From the IMG/VR virus record IMGVR_UViG_3300035670_000038, positions 1 to 64,000 of that record: 64,000 nt of DNA; one strand, 5' to 3'. Both the position numbers and the translations under genes were made by a program. Within the stretch, counting starts at the first letter, position 1, and each line of letters begins with the position of its first letter. Under the pieces are notes generated by a model, which worked only from the letters and a program-made list of their open reading frames with translations, was not told the DNA's origin and ran no database searches. The stretch comes from a virus. Below, piece after piece: positions 1-10,814 of the stretch.

Positions 1-2
1 AC

Positions 3-1445
3 AAAGTTGAAGAATTAAACTCTCGTCGGCAAGACCTTGATGAAATTCGTGTTCAAGAAGATACGAACTTTGATATTAAGGGAATGAAACTCAGTCTTTA
101 TCCATACCAAAAAGTCGGTGTCCAATTCGTAGACAGAGCAGGTGGTCGATGTTTAATCGCTGATGCACCTGGTTTGGGTAAAACTGCACAGGCAATTGGA
201 TATGCACAACATCACAACCTCAAAACTCTTATCGTCTGTCCATTATCGGTCGTGGTCAATTGGCAACGTGAAATCAAGAAGTTCACAGGTAAGAAATCTA
301 CTATTTGGGATAGTAAACATTACGATGGAGAATTGGACAATCAGTTTCATATCGTCCATTACGATGCCGTAGCAAAGATTAACAAGGCACTTCGTGACCA
401 GAAGTTTGACCTTTTGGTATGCGACGAAGCAACCTATCTCAAAAATCGTCAAACCATTCGAGCAAAAAGTATCTTGGGGTCGTGGAAAGAACGACGAAAG
501 TATCCTGGGATTAAAACCAAGTATTCTATTTTCTTGACGGGAACACCAGTAATGTCTCGTCCAATAGAAGCGTTTAGTTTATTAAATTTCTTGGATAAAG
601 AACGATTTAATAATTTCTATCATTTCGTCGAACGATATGGTGGATGGAAAGGTGACGCACCTCGTAATCTTCAAGACCTCCACGACAGAACAAAAGATTT
701 GGTCATTCGTCGCAAGAAAGACCAAGTGTTGAAGGAATTACCAAAGAAACAACGTAATGACCTGTACGTAGAATTAACTAAGGAAGAAAAGAAAGAATAT
801 CAGCAATTACTCAAAGAAGTCTTTGGTCAGTGGAAAATGACGGGTAAACCATCAGTCACCCACATGCCAAAACTCCAAGGATTTCTTATCCAGAAGAAGA
901 TGCCACGATTGATGGAAATGATTGATGAATTTTTGGATAATGATAGGTCAATTCTTATCTTTAGTAATTATCTCGAACCTCTTCGTTTCTTGACCGAACA
1001 TTATGGAAACAAGGCAGCTCTCTTGACGGGTGATATGAACAGAAACCAACGACAAGAAAGTATTGATAGATTGGTAAGTGGTGAAGCTAAAATCGGATGT
1101 TTTAGTTTATTGGCAGCAGGTATGGGTATTGACGGATTACAGAAAGTAATAGATACGGTAGTATTTTTAAATTGTGATTGGGTTCCAGCAAACCACGAAC
1201 AAGCAGAGGACAGAACTCATCGTATCGGTCAAACAAACCAAGTCCAAGCGTATTATATGTTATGTGAGGACACTATAGACGAATATATGCGGGATATTTT
1301 GAAGGAGAAACAGAAGGTGGCCGACCTCGTAGTAGACGGGGAATTGGTCACTCCTGACAGTAATAAATCATTTTTTAGAGAATTTGTCCGTAGAATTAGT
1401 AGTGCATATAATACTCATTTTACCGATGAAAATATAGAAGATTGA
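3..1445 (+). CDS. SNF2-family (SF2) helicase, 5'-truncated by window edge
   Basis: Motifs ADAPGLGKT, DEAT, LTGTP, QAEDRTHRIGQ; the frame is open from base 3, upstream of the ATG at 84. Confidence 0.9.
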   Translation, partial: KVEELNSRRQDLDEIRVQEDTNFDIKGMKLSLYPYQKVGVQFVDRAGGRCLIADAPGLGKTAQAIGYAQHHNLKTLIVCPLSVVVNWQREIKKFTGKKSTIWDSKHYDGELDNQFHIVHYDAVAKINKALRDQKFDLLVCDEATYLKNRQTIRAKSILGSWKERRKYPGIKTKYSIFLTGTPVMSRPIEAFSLLNFLDKERFNNFYHFVERYGGWKGDAPRNLQDLHDRTKDLVIRRKKDQVLKELPKKQRNDLYVELTKEEKKEYQQLLKEVFGQWKMTGKPSVTHMPKLQGFLIQKKMPRLMEMIDEFLDNDRSILIFSNYLEPLRFLTEHYGNKAALLTGDMNRNQRQESIDRLVSGEAKIGCFSLLAAGMGIDGLQKVIDTVVFLNCDWVPANHEQAEDRTHRIGQTNQVQAYYMLCEDTIDEYMRDILKEKQKVADLVVDGELVTPDSNKSFFREFVRRISSAYNTHFTDENIED

Positions 1446-1453
1446 TATTTATA
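1446..1453 (+). promoter_or_regulatory. Putative late-promoter motif TATTTAT(A/T)
   Basis: Intergenic TATTTATA before the tail module; the same motif occurs at 12145, 17479, 23833, 45364 and 63053. Confidence 0.45.
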
Positions 1454-1484
1454 TACAAGTATTTACAACACAAGGAGTTATTTT

Positions 1485-2231
1485 ATGTCAAATGTTACAT
1501 TCCCTACAGAGGTAATTGATTTACCAAGTAAGGGTAAGTTTTACCCAGAAGGGCATCCTCTAAAAAGTGGTCAAATTGAATTGAAGTATATGACCGCAAA
1601 GGAAGAAGATATTTTAACTTCACAAAATCTTATTAAAAAAGGTATTGTGCTGGATAAACTCGTTGATAGTTTAATTGTTACAAAAGGCGTAACACATGAA
1701 GATTTATTTTTGGGTGACTTAAATGCGGTAATGGTTGCAAGTCGTATTCTTGGATATGGTAAGGATTATCCAGTAACGGCAACGTGTCCAAAATGTGGTG
1801 AATCTAATGAACATATAGTGAATCTCACAGAATTGGAAACAAAAGAAATAGATGAAAATGCAAGTATGGAATTGGAATTACCAATAAGTAAAAAGAAACT
1901 CAAACTTCGTTTGTTGACTCGTAAGATTGAAAAGGCAGTTGAACAGGAACTAGAAGGGTTACGAAAGGTTGGATTACAAGTAGAACCCGAAGCTACTACA
2001 AGAATGAGATATTTGGTAGAAGAAGTGGATGGTTCAACTAATCAAAAAGACATTCGGGAAACAGTAGAAAATATGTTGGTGGCGGATACACGAGCTATCA
2101 GAGATTTTTATAAAAAGGTTTCACCAGATATCAAGTTTGAATCAAGTTATACTTGTTCTAGTTGTGATCAAACTTCTGTATTACCAATCGCAATAGGCTT
2201 GAACTTTTTTTGGCCTGACGCAAGAATATAG
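1485..2231 (+). CDS. Baseplate hub assembly protein / tail assembly chaperone (T4 gp26-like)
   Basis: LPSKG, MTAKEEDIL, two CxxC pairs and C-terminal FFWP; lies upstream of the tape measure gene. Confidence 0.75.
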   Translation: MSNVTFPTEVIDLPSKGKFYPEGHPLKSGQIELKYMTAKEEDILTSQNLIKKGIVLDKLVDSLIVTKGVTHEDLFLGDLNAVMVASRILGYGKDYPVTATCPKCGESNEHIVNLTELETKEIDENASMELELPISKKKLKLRLLTRKIEKAVEQELEGLRKVGLQVEPEATTRMRYLVEEVDGSTNQKDIRETVENMLVADTRAIRDFYKKVSPDIKFESSYTCSSCDQTSVLPIAIGLNFFWPDARI

Positions 2232-2238
2232 GATAAAC

Positions 2239-2409
2239 ATGCATAAGGTCATCTTTTCTATGATATATCACGGAAAAGGTGGATTTACCTTTCAAGATTT
2301 ATACAATATGCCAGTGTTCTTGCGCGGCTTCTATTTAGGTGAAATGAATAAAGAAGTTGAACGACAAAATGCAGAGATTGAAAAGATTACTAAAAAACCT
2401 CGTAAATGA
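2239..2409 (+). CDS. Small gp51-like hub assembly ORF, probably also a frameshift extension of the upstream gene
   Basis: Not in ORF track; MHKVIFSMIYHGKGGFTFQDLYNMPVFLRGFYL...; the frame is open back to 2203 across a T7 run. Confidence 0.7.
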   Translation: MHKVIFSMIYHGKGGFTFQDLYNMPVFLRGFYLGEMNKEVERQNAEIEKITKKPRK

Positions 2410-2417
2410 GATAGTAG

Positions 2418-4283
2418 ATGGCAACTCCACTAGACGTACAGATAGCTTATAGCGAAACAATGGAGGAACTTACAGCAACATCACGTAAGTTCGAAGAGTT
2501 AATAAGAAAAAATAATATGCGTCAATTAGTTGACTTTAATAAGGAACTAATTGACTCGGCTACCGCTTTTAATTCATTAGCAGGTAAGATTACACAATCG
2601 GTACAAACATTAGACAAATTTAACACCTCAGTAAAAGCTGGAAACACTACTGCCACGATGTTATATATGGGTCAGGCACTATCTAGTGCTGGTAGATCAT
2701 TAATTGATCTCCGTGACAAAATATATCAATTACAAAATCAATTAGGTACTACATTCGCAACAGCAGTAGATTCTGGAACAGCAGCTTTTACAAATCAAAT
2801 TACATCCCTATTCACTGCTGGACCGGCATTAAGTTTCAAAGATAGTATAGATGCCATCAACGCATTCCAAAAAGAATTTGGTACGTTATTAACACGTGGT
2901 GCAGCGGCCGATATAGCAAAGAGTGCAAAGCAATTTGGTACTGATGTTGGTGTGTTCGTTAGAGCACAGCGTGCGTTTTTAGTTGGTCCAAACGGTTTAG
3001 CAAACCAAGCAAGATTACAACAACAATTTATTACACAATTTAGAGCTGCAGGATTAACTGCAAATCAGGCATTGACTTTTGCTGCAAATAATGCAAACCT
3101 TGTAGCTATCGCTGGTGTTAAATACGCAGATGCATTGGCACGAGCAGCAGCAAACGCAACAAAAATTGGTGTATCATTAGAAAAAACTGAAGGATTTGCA
3201 GATACACTGGTTGGTGATTTTGAAGGAGGATTGGAACGTATCTCTGAATTACGAGCAATGGGTGTTGAAGTAGACTTCAACGAATTGGCTCGTATCGCAG
3301 GCACGGGTACCCCAGAAGAAGTATTTAATGAACTATCCCGACAACTTGGTGGAAATAACGCATTACTTAATGAAGTGCAACGTAATCGTTTTCTTAAAGT
3401 TGCAATAGAACGTGATTTGGGATTGAGTATAGCAGATGTAAGACGTTTAGCAGCAGGACCAGGAGGATTACCTGGTGAAGAAACTAAACCTGAAGAAAAT
3501 CAAGGTGGGTTTCTTGCAGGATTAACAAAAGTTATAGGACCATTTGCAAAGGTCGGTGGTATTTTAGCAACTGCCATGGGATTACAAACTATGGCAACCA
3601 TAGGAAATACCATGGCTCTTATGAAAAATACTGGTGCAAGTATGGCACAAGCACTAGGATTAAAAACGGGTGGTGGTGGACTGACGGGATTAGGAACAGC
3701 AGCTAAGGGACTTGGTATCGCTGGTGGTATTGCGGGTACAGTAGGTGGTGCGGTAGGTGCATACCAATCAATGAAAGCAGGAGACAAAGGTGGTGCATTA
3801 GCAAACGTATTGATGTCTACTTTATCGGGAGCAGGTACGGGTGCTATAATCGGTGGTGGACCTATCGGTGCATTAGTTGGTGGTTTGATTGGGTTGGGGT
3901 CAGGACTTATTAGTATGGCAGCAGCAAGTGATATCGCAATGGGGCCTGGTGCTGGTAGAGTATTATTGGGTCCAGAAGGTGCATTTTCATTAAATCCAAA
4001 AGATTCTATATTAGCAGGAACAAATTTGTTCCAACAAGCAAATGATGTGGCATACGTCAATCCATCCTCACCACCAGTAGAAAAATTAGCACAATCAAAA
4101 ATGATGAATGCATCGGAAGCATCAACTACAAATGTAAATGTTGATATGTCTAAGTTGGAATCTAAACTTGATAAATTAGCATCTGCATTCTCCGCAATAA
4201 AGATTGAAATGGACGGAAACACAGTAGGACGGGTTTCATTAAACGCACGGTCACCACTTGACCGTCTTTCTGTGGTGGGTTAA
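2418..4283 (+). CDS. Tail tape measure protein
   Basis: 621 aa, Ala/Gly-rich helical protein with a hydrophobic Gly-rich C-terminal half; follows the chaperone genes. Confidence 0.75.
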   Translation: MATPLDVQIAYSETMEELTATSRKFEELIRKNNMRQLVDFNKELIDSATAFNSLAGKITQSVQTLDKFNTSVKAGNTTATMLYMGQALSSAGRSLIDLRDKIYQLQNQLGTTFATAVDSGTAAFTNQITSLFTAGPALSFKDSIDAINAFQKEFGTLLTRGAAADIAKSAKQFGTDVGVFVRAQRAFLVGPNGLANQARLQQQFITQFRAAGLTANQALTFAANNANLVAIAGVKYADALARAAANATKIGVSLEKTEGFADTLVGDFEGGLERISELRAMGVEVDFNELARIAGTGTPEEVFNELSRQLGGNNALLNEVQRNRFLKVAIERDLGLSIADVRRLAAGPGGLPGEETKPEENQGGFLAGLTKVIGPFAKVGGILATAMGLQTMATIGNTMALMKNTGASMAQALGLKTGGGGLTGLGTAAKGLGIAGGIAGTVGGAVGAYQSMKAGDKGGALANVLMSTLSGAGTGAIIGGGPIGALVGGLIGLGSGLISMAAASDIAMGPGAGRVLLGPEGAFSLNPKDSILAGTNLFQQANDVAYVNPSSPPVEKLAQSKMMNASEASTTNVNVDMSKLESKLDKLASAFSAIKIEMDGNTVGRVSLNARSPLDRLSVVG

Positions 4284-4286
4284 TTT

Positions 4287-6464
4287 ATGGCAAAGATATT
4301 TAGTAATATTGCAAAAAACGCTCCGAATCTACGTAAAAGATACGATGATTCAACCGTAGCAAACGAATTAACCACGTTCACAGCGTTAAGAAATGAAGGT
4401 GGTACAGACATAGTATATAAATCAAATTTACAACAAAATGTATATAATTTATATACAGACCCAGCAACTACATCCACAATAATAGATAGAAACTTCGCAT
4501 CTAGTAGACTGGTACAACCAGAAATTGTTATTCGTATCAGACGTTCTAAATTTTATGACGCATTTAGAATAGCAAACGTAAATATACCATCATTGAACGT
4601 TCCAGTAAACAATACGTTAGTTGAAATAAAACCTTATAGTTCTGCAAATGTTGACGAAATTTATTCGGTGGATAATAGTAGAATGCTACGGGACAGCCGT
4701 TCCAACCCATTAGTATCTGGTCCACGTGATGTAGTTCGTATGCGACGATATTTGAATAGTGGTGCTGGTGTAAACTTTAAATTATTCCAACAGATACTAC
4801 AAGCAGGTAATACCTTTGGTCAATCACAAGGATATAATCCTGTGTCTGTGGAAACAATGGTATTGAATTATCGTAACGCTACCTTCTATAATCCATTAGA
4901 ACGAGTTTCTAGAATACTCGAAGGTAATGCAATCACAAACCCAGAACTACAAGGTCGTTTACAAAAAAGAACTGCATTGGATGCACAAAGTAGATTACGA
5001 TTAAAATTTGTTGGTGGTGGTAATGCACAATCACAACAATCTCCATTTCTTGGGGCACTCAATAATTTATTATCATCTACTTTACGTGACAGAATCAATA
5101 GTATAAACATCCCAATTCCAGGATTTGCTAGAAATTTGTTTGGTAGTTCCATCAATGTTGGGCAAATTAACAGACAACTTGATGCAATTTCTGCTGGTGC
5201 GGATGCAATTCGTCGTGGGTTGAATACTAATAATTCAACATTAGAAGCAGACCAAACAGCATACGATTCTTTATACTTGAAGAATTTATGGCCATTAATG
5301 AAGGAAAATGATGGTACAATTAGAAATTTTCAAGGTCCACAAGGAACAAGACAACAATATCTTGATAGAGCACGACAAGCGATACGTAAAGGTAAGGATA
5401 TCAATAATGTAAACAAAAATACACTAGAATATCCTGACGATGATTACAGAAGTTCTGCAACGTACACAGAAGATGTTCGGTCAACTGGAACAAAAACAAA
5501 GGAAGGATTAATAACTGCAACTTATATTAAGGATGAAATGAATTTCATCAACCAAGGTACAGCAGGTGCGGTTGATGCAGCACAGTTAGATGGGTTGCAT
5601 GAAGATGCGGATTATATTAAGTTTAGAATTGTAGTTCCTGGTGTATTTGATAGAGGTATTAACTTTAGAGCATTTATTGAAGATATTAACCACAATTCAC
5701 GAGGACAATACGAAGAAGTTCGATATGTTGGTAGACCGGAACGATTTATTACATATAAGGGTATGAATCGTAGTATGACCGTTAGTGTGTTCTTAGTGGC
5801 ATTTAGTGACCAAGAATTAACAACCATTTGGACTCGTGCTAATATGTTAAATAAATTAACGTTCCCAATAGACGCATCTGGTGGATTTATGACTCCCCCA
5901 ATTGCAAGATTAACTATTGGTAATGTAATTGTAAACCAACCAGGATATGTAGAAAATGTAGATATGCGCTTACAAGACATTCCGTGGGACATTGATAGAG
6001 AATTGCCACAAGCTATCAAATTAAATTTCACATATAATATCATCGAAGAAGGATTCGTTACACAAAAAGCAACAAATCCATTTGCACCAGGTTCTCAAAT
6101 ATTTGGTGAACGTGATGTCGCACAACGAACTCAACAACTATTTGCTGGATTTGAACAAACAAATCAAAGTATTAATTCTGCATTAAGTAATTTAAATATA
6201 CCAACACCTAACATTCCTAATATTACAACCGATTTGACATTCCCACGAGGGAGTACTACTCAAACTGGTGCAAGTATCGCCGGATATCTTAATCAACGAG
6301 ACTTGGATGCACAACGTAGAGCAGAAACAAGATTTTCGGAAGGTGCTGCAAGAATAGCGGCACAACAAGAATTAGATAGACGAGCTGTATCAAATAATCA
6401 ACTACAAGGTACGGCGGAAGGCGGATTAGAACAGGTGTTCCGTGATTTAGGCGTAGTCCCATAA
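4287..6464 (+). CDS. Baseplate/tail-tube initiator-like structural protein
   Basis: C-terminal tube-like domain (FRAFIEDI...YVGRPE...RLTIGN...PGYVENV...PWDI); lies between tape measure and LysM genes. Confidence 0.55.
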   Translation: MAKIFSNIAKNAPNLRKRYDDSTVANELTTFTALRNEGGTDIVYKSNLQQNVYNLYTDPATTSTIIDRNFASSRLVQPEIVIRIRRSKFYDAFRIANVNIPSLNVPVNNTLVEIKPYSSANVDEIYSVDNSRMLRDSRSNPLVSGPRDVVRMRRYLNSGAGVNFKLFQQILQAGNTFGQSQGYNPVSVETMVLNYRNATFYNPLERVSRILEGNAITNPELQGRLQKRTALDAQSRLRLKFVGGGNAQSQQSPFLGALNNLLSSTLRDRINSINIPIPGFARNLFGSSINVGQINRQLDAISAGADAIRRGLNTNNSTLEADQTAYDSLYLKNLWPLMKENDGTIRNFQGPQGTRQQYLDRARQAIRKGKDINNVNKNTLEYPDDDYRSSATYTEDVRSTGTKTKEGLITATYIKDEMNFINQGTAGAVDAAQLDGLHEDADYIKFRIVVPGVFDRGINFRAFIEDINHNSRGQYEEVRYVGRPERFITYKGMNRSMTVSVFLVAFSDQELTTIWTRANMLNKLTFPIDASGGFMTPPIARLTIGNVIVNQPGYVENVDMRLQDIPWDIDRELPQAIKLNFTYNIIEEGFVTQKATNPFAPGSQIFGERDVAQRTQQLFAGFEQTNQSINSALSNLNIPTPNIPNITTDLTFPRGSTTQTGASIAGYLNQRDLDAQRRAETRFSEGAARIAAQQELDRRAVSNNQLQGTAEGGLEQVFRDLGVVP

Positions 6465-6477
6465 CCCATAATATAAT

Positions 6478-6750
6478 ATGTTACCAAGATACGTTAATAA
6501 CTTACAAATACGAAGAACGGATAGTGGAACTCGTTACTATTCTACAGTAATAACAAATCCCATTCCACCAGACACATTTGAGTTAGTTATCACTGCACAA
6601 GACGGTGACCGTTTTGACTCATTAGCTGTACGATACTATAAAGATGCCGCTAAGTGGTGGATTATTGCAAAGGCAAATAATTTATTGAATGGAACGATGA
6701 TGGTACCTGGTGGTACACAGTTGGTTATTCCATCTGCGGGGTTATTATAA
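6478..6750 (+). CDS. LysM-domain baseplate wedge protein (gp53/gpX-like)
   Basis: GDRFDSLAVRYY..WWIIAKAN..PGGTQLVIP LysM pattern. Confidence 0.8.
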   Translation: MLPRYVNNLQIRRTDSGTRYYSTVITNPIPPDTFELVITAQDGDRFDSLAVRYYKDAAKWWIIAKANNLLNGTMMVPGGTQLVIPSAGLL

Positions 6751-6753
6751 TTT

Positions 6754-9204
6754 ATGGCGTTGAATCCAGTTGAAACTATGAACGTATTTGCTGATGGTCT
6801 TTCAAAAGAACTTCGCAAACGTTCCTTATCAACAAATTTAGTTAAAACACGCACCCCATTTTTACGGTTCACTACTGCTGCGTATATGGATGATGTAGCT
6901 ACCAGAATGCGTGAAATAAATTCAGCAAATGCAGAAAAATTTGCAAATGATATTACTGGATATAGAGGTTATAAATTTTTTACACTTGGTGTACATGGGT
7001 ACGAACAACTTAATTATAGTATCCACGATTTGTATGGAACCCAAGGAGATAATGGGTTGGTTATTGGTACAACCTATAAGCAAGGTGTACAAAAATTAGT
7101 AAAAACATTTGGAGGTAAAGCTAAAGCAGGTGATACAGTAGCAAAAAATTACCCACCACCAGGTATCACTAATGCAAAAGTAGAACGATTACGTAATGGT
7201 AACGTTCTTAGATTTACTATTGAAACTCAATGTTATACACAAGAACAATTGGAAATGTTGGATATGATATGTTTTGTTCCTGGTATGACTTGTATTTTAG
7301 AATGGGGAACGCAATACTCAACATCAACGAATCAAGAAAAACTTATAAAGACTCTGGATTTCAAGAATCTCAATGCAACAGTAACGTCAGTAGAAAAAGT
7401 ATTAGGTAATCAATCAAGAACATCGTTTATAGAAGAGTGGTGTGAACCGAATGGATACAATTACGATTGGGCAGTAGCAAACATTGCCAATGTAAAAACC
7501 GTTGTACAAGACAATGTATACAAAACTACGATTATAGCATATGGTGTAGCAGATAATTTACTTTATATTTCCGCATACGCTACCAATAATCCATTAAAGA
7601 CCGAAACAGATACATCAACATCATTAACAAATTATTTTAGATTGAACGGTGAATTCAGCAATACACTAAGACAATATGTAACAACACCGGAGTTATTACC
7701 TAATAGAATATACAGAGATCAAATATTAAAGTTTACTGACGATTATAACAGAGAACAACTTATTGATGTGGTACCAACATCACAAAATACAGGACAAGTA
7801 AACGATTTCGGCCTAGAAGATTCCTATTTCATTACTATGCCATTTTTTATAGATTTGATAATAAATGGTCCTGTTAAGCAAATCATTGAGTCGGGATTAC
7901 CGAATAGATTAAACCAATTAATCGCAACTACAGGTGGGCAAGATCCTATATATGTTGGATATAACGAATCATTACGATCCACTAGTCCAGAAGTTTGTAT
8001 CATATATAACAAAAAGGCAAGAACAAGTAATGCAGCATCGGCAGCGGACAAACGTAATTTAGTAGATCAAGCTACTACTTTAGACGCACGTAATATTGGT
8101 GCACTTAAAGGGTTACCAAATACAAATGCTGCAAATATACAAGGAAGTAATACCGACAAAACTAGTGTGTTTGGTGTAATATCTACATTGAATGATAATT
8201 CTTTTGGTAGTGACATAAATACACCCAGTGGTATCACTCCATTAACAAAGGGAGTTTATATAAACAGTAAGGCTATACAATCTGCGTTCATTAATGCACG
8301 TACCTTTATGGAAGGATTTGAAACTCTACTTAGAAATATAAACTCTGCAACAGAAAATTATTGGGATTTAAAATTATTTTTTGATGATGACATCAATGCA
8401 TATCGTATTTTAGATGACAATGTACGTACAGCACCACAAAGTTCTGATATCTACGAATTTAACAAAAGATTGAACAATTTGGATGGTGATACCATAGGAC
8501 CTGATGTACTAAATATTGAGTTAACTACCGATTATCCAAAGATGTTATTTTCTCAATTAGCTGTAACTGGTATAAACGGAGGTACATTAAATAACATAGC
8601 TAGCTCTCCTGATCGTAAAGACGTTGATTTTAAATTAAATACGTCTGTAAGAGACATATTTAAAATACAGATAGGAGAACCACAACAAACATCGGAAGCA
8701 GGATTAAATAGACCCTCTACAGCAATTTTAGAGTTTGCTACTGGATTGAGTCAAACTGAATCGGGAAGATTATTAGCTAGAGAAGGATTCTCATTTGTTG
8801 GTCCACAATTTGCTAGTACATTCGGTAATTATTTTGCAAGTGGAGTTTCCGGTACTGTTACAGACTTAATACGGGGAGTATTTACTTCTACAAATTTACT
8901 ATCTCAGGCAGAGGCTTTGGATTTAAAGCAACGACTATCTAGAGAAACATTAACACAACAACAATCGGCAGCAATAAGTGACTTATTTGCTACACGAGCA
9001 AAGAGTATCATTAGAAGAAATAAACAAAATGAAATAGAAAGATATGAAAAAGCAATAGATGACGCCATCGAAAGTGGAGTGATTACAGATAGATTTGGTC
9101 GTGATGTAACAAATGTAAAACGTGTTGTTCGAGAAGCAATAGAACGTCAAAGAGATGAATTAATATCTCAAATAGACTCTACAATATCAAACGTAAGAAG
9201 ATAA
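6754..9204 (+). CDS. Baseplate hub-like protein, N-terminal part
   Basis: PPPGIT, PGMTCILEWG motifs typical of large-phage hub proteins; follows the LysM gene. Confidence 0.55.
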   Translation: MALNPVETMNVFADGLSKELRKRSLSTNLVKTRTPFLRFTTAAYMDDVATRMREINSANAEKFANDITGYRGYKFFTLGVHGYEQLNYSIHDLYGTQGDNGLVIGTTYKQGVQKLVKTFGGKAKAGDTVAKNYPPPGITNAKVERLRNGNVLRFTIETQCYTQEQLEMLDMICFVPGMTCILEWGTQYSTSTNQEKLIKTLDFKNLNATVTSVEKVLGNQSRTSFIEEWCEPNGYNYDWAVANIANVKTVVQDNVYKTTIIAYGVADNLLYISAYATNNPLKTETDTSTSLTNYFRLNGEFSNTLRQYVTTPELLPNRIYRDQILKFTDDYNREQLIDVVPTSQNTGQVNDFGLEDSYFITMPFFIDLIINGPVKQIIESGLPNRLNQLIATTGGQDPIYVGYNESLRSTSPEVCIIYNKKARTSNAASAADKRNLVDQATTLDARNIGALKGLPNTNAANIQGSNTDKTSVFGVISTLNDNSFGSDINTPSGITPLTKGVYINSKAIQSAFINARTFMEGFETLLRNINSATENYWDLKLFFDDDINAYRILDDNVRTAPQSSDIYEFNKRLNNLDGDTIGPDVLNIELTTDYPKMLFSQLAVTGINGGTLNNIASSPDRKDVDFKLNTSVRDIFKIQIGEPQQTSEAGLNRPSTAILEFATGLSQTESGRLLAREGFSFVGPQFASTFGNYFASGVSGTVTDLIRGVFTSTNLLSQAEALDLKQRLSRETLTQQQSAAISDLFATRAKSIIRRNKQNEIERYEKAIDDAIESGVITDRFGRDVTNVKRVVREAIERQRDELISQIDSTISNVRR

Positions 9205-9206
9205 GT

Positions 9207-10397
9207 ATGGCTATAACTATAATAGATAGAAAATCAGCAAATTTAAATACCGGTGATAGAAGAGCAGAAACTAGATTTTTGGTCATTCATCATACAGCGG
9301 GTGGAACTGTTGAAAGTACTATAAAAACACTACAAGATAGAAGATTAAGTTATCACTATTTGGTTGATAAAGATGGTAAAGTTTATCAATTGGTAGATGA
9401 TGCTATTATTGCATATCACGCGTTCGAAGCTAATAGAGTATCTGTCAGTATATCATTGGTTGCACCGAACGATCGTGGAGTTACAAGTCCGCAAGTTCAA
9501 GCAGCACTGGAACTGGGAAGAACTCTTCAACGAAAGTATAATTTACCAGTAAATGCGGTATATGGGCATGGAGAAATTGCATTACCAGCAGAAAAAGAAC
9601 CAACCGAAGGACTTACTGTTACAAATTTACTTCGTAATAATCAAGCACCACCACCATATAATTTAGTTAGAGTACCTGAAGAAAGACAACAACGTGCAGT
9701 TTCAGGAACATCATCGCAATCAACATCTACAAATTACTTTGATAGAATATATTTAACCCCACTGAGAACACTAGCAAATCAGAGTGGTAATGCTGGATTA
9801 CTAGCTCAAGAAGTTATAAAGAAAATAAATACGATAACTACCTCTCCGGCAAGAACGGCTACAGGACAACCACCACGAGTATCTTTGAAAACATTTATTG
9901 AAAATAATAATAGTGTCACTCCAAACGAAAGAATTATTACAGATGTTGTTGGAGAAGTTTCACTTTTAAGCGCGGTAACAACTGTTAATTTGGAAGCACA
10001 AGCAAGAGTGCAATCCATAACATCCAGAGTGGACGGGTTATTACCAGCAGAGGCTGCATTTGCAATACAATATGATTTGTTTGAATTTTTCCCAGATAAA
10101 ATGAGACAAAAAATGTCAATAAATGCTGTCGGTGAAAATCCAAACTATTCTCATGCATGGAGATCACCTGGTAAGTTAGCTATCACGGCAAATGTAACCA
10201 TTCCAGGAGCATCAGGATTTCGTATTGGTCAAATATTTTGGATAGGTCGTACTTATGAACATTATAAACAGTTTGGAGCATTCCAATTATTCGGATTAAC
10301 AGAAACAATAGATTTGAGTAGAGGATGGACAACCCAGATATATGCAAGATTTAATGCAATGCCAAGTACTAAAGTTGCAACATTAAAACCGGTATAA
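9207..10397 (+). CDS. N-acetylmuramoyl-L-alanine amidase (Amidase_2) fused to hub C-terminal-like domain
   Basis: VIHHTAG, SYHYLVD, AYHA, GHGE amidase motifs; C-terminal VTIPGASGFRIGQIF...GWTTQI. Confidence 0.75.
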   Translation: MAITIIDRKSANLNTGDRRAETRFLVIHHTAGGTVESTIKTLQDRRLSYHYLVDKDGKVYQLVDDAIIAYHAFEANRVSVSISLVAPNDRGVTSPQVQAALELGRTLQRKYNLPVNAVYGHGEIALPAEKEPTEGLTVTNLLRNNQAPPPYNLVRVPEERQQRAVSGTSSQSTSTNYFDRIYLTPLRTLANQSGNAGLLAQEVIKKINTITTSPARTATGQPPRVSLKTFIENNNSVTPNERIITDVVGEVSLLSAVTTVNLEAQARVQSITSRVDGLLPAEAAFAIQYDLFEFFPDKMRQKMSINAVGENPNYSHAWRSPGKLAITANVTIPGASGFRIGQIFWIGRTYEHYKQFGAFQLFGLTETIDLSRGWTTQIYARFNAMPSTKVATLKPV

Positions 10398-10400
10398 TAT

Positions 10401-10814
10401 ATGAGAGGTATGCCTAGAACTTTGTTCGAATCTTTGGGAAATATAAATAACAAACAAGACCTACTTGCGGTTATTAGTAACGTTATTCCTACTGTTTCAC
10501 AAGAAGATATTGACCGTAAAATTAAAACACGTTACTTTGCAAAGTATGCAACGCAACGCAATGGTCTTATATACGAGTTGGATGGTGGTCAATATTCTCG
10601 TATAGAAAGAAATAGTTTATTTTTAAAAACTACTATTGATTGGATAATAGTTGGTAAATTAGAAGATACGATCTTGACTTTACCAAGTGGTGATAATATA
10701 TTAATCAAGGGAGTGATTAGCCAAAACAAAACGTTGGTTGCGTTGGCAGAAGAAGAACTTCCAGGTATCACCAACCACTTACGAAACTACGTGGAGTTTT
10801 ATTCGGGGGAATAA
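10401..10814 (+). CDS. Hypothetical protein
   Basis: 137-aa ORF tightly coupled to neighbours. Confidence 0.6.
   Translation: MRGMPRTLFESLGNINNKQDLLAVISNVIPTVSQEDIDRKIKTRYFAKYATQRNGLIYELDGGQYSRIERNSLFLKTTIDWIIVGKLEDTILTLPSGDNILIKGVISQNKTLVALAEEELPGITNHLRNYVEFYSGE

Noticed and set aside
3500-4222. 240-aa minus-strand ORF
   Set aside because: Antisense shadow of the Gly/Ala-rich tape measure region; no motifs
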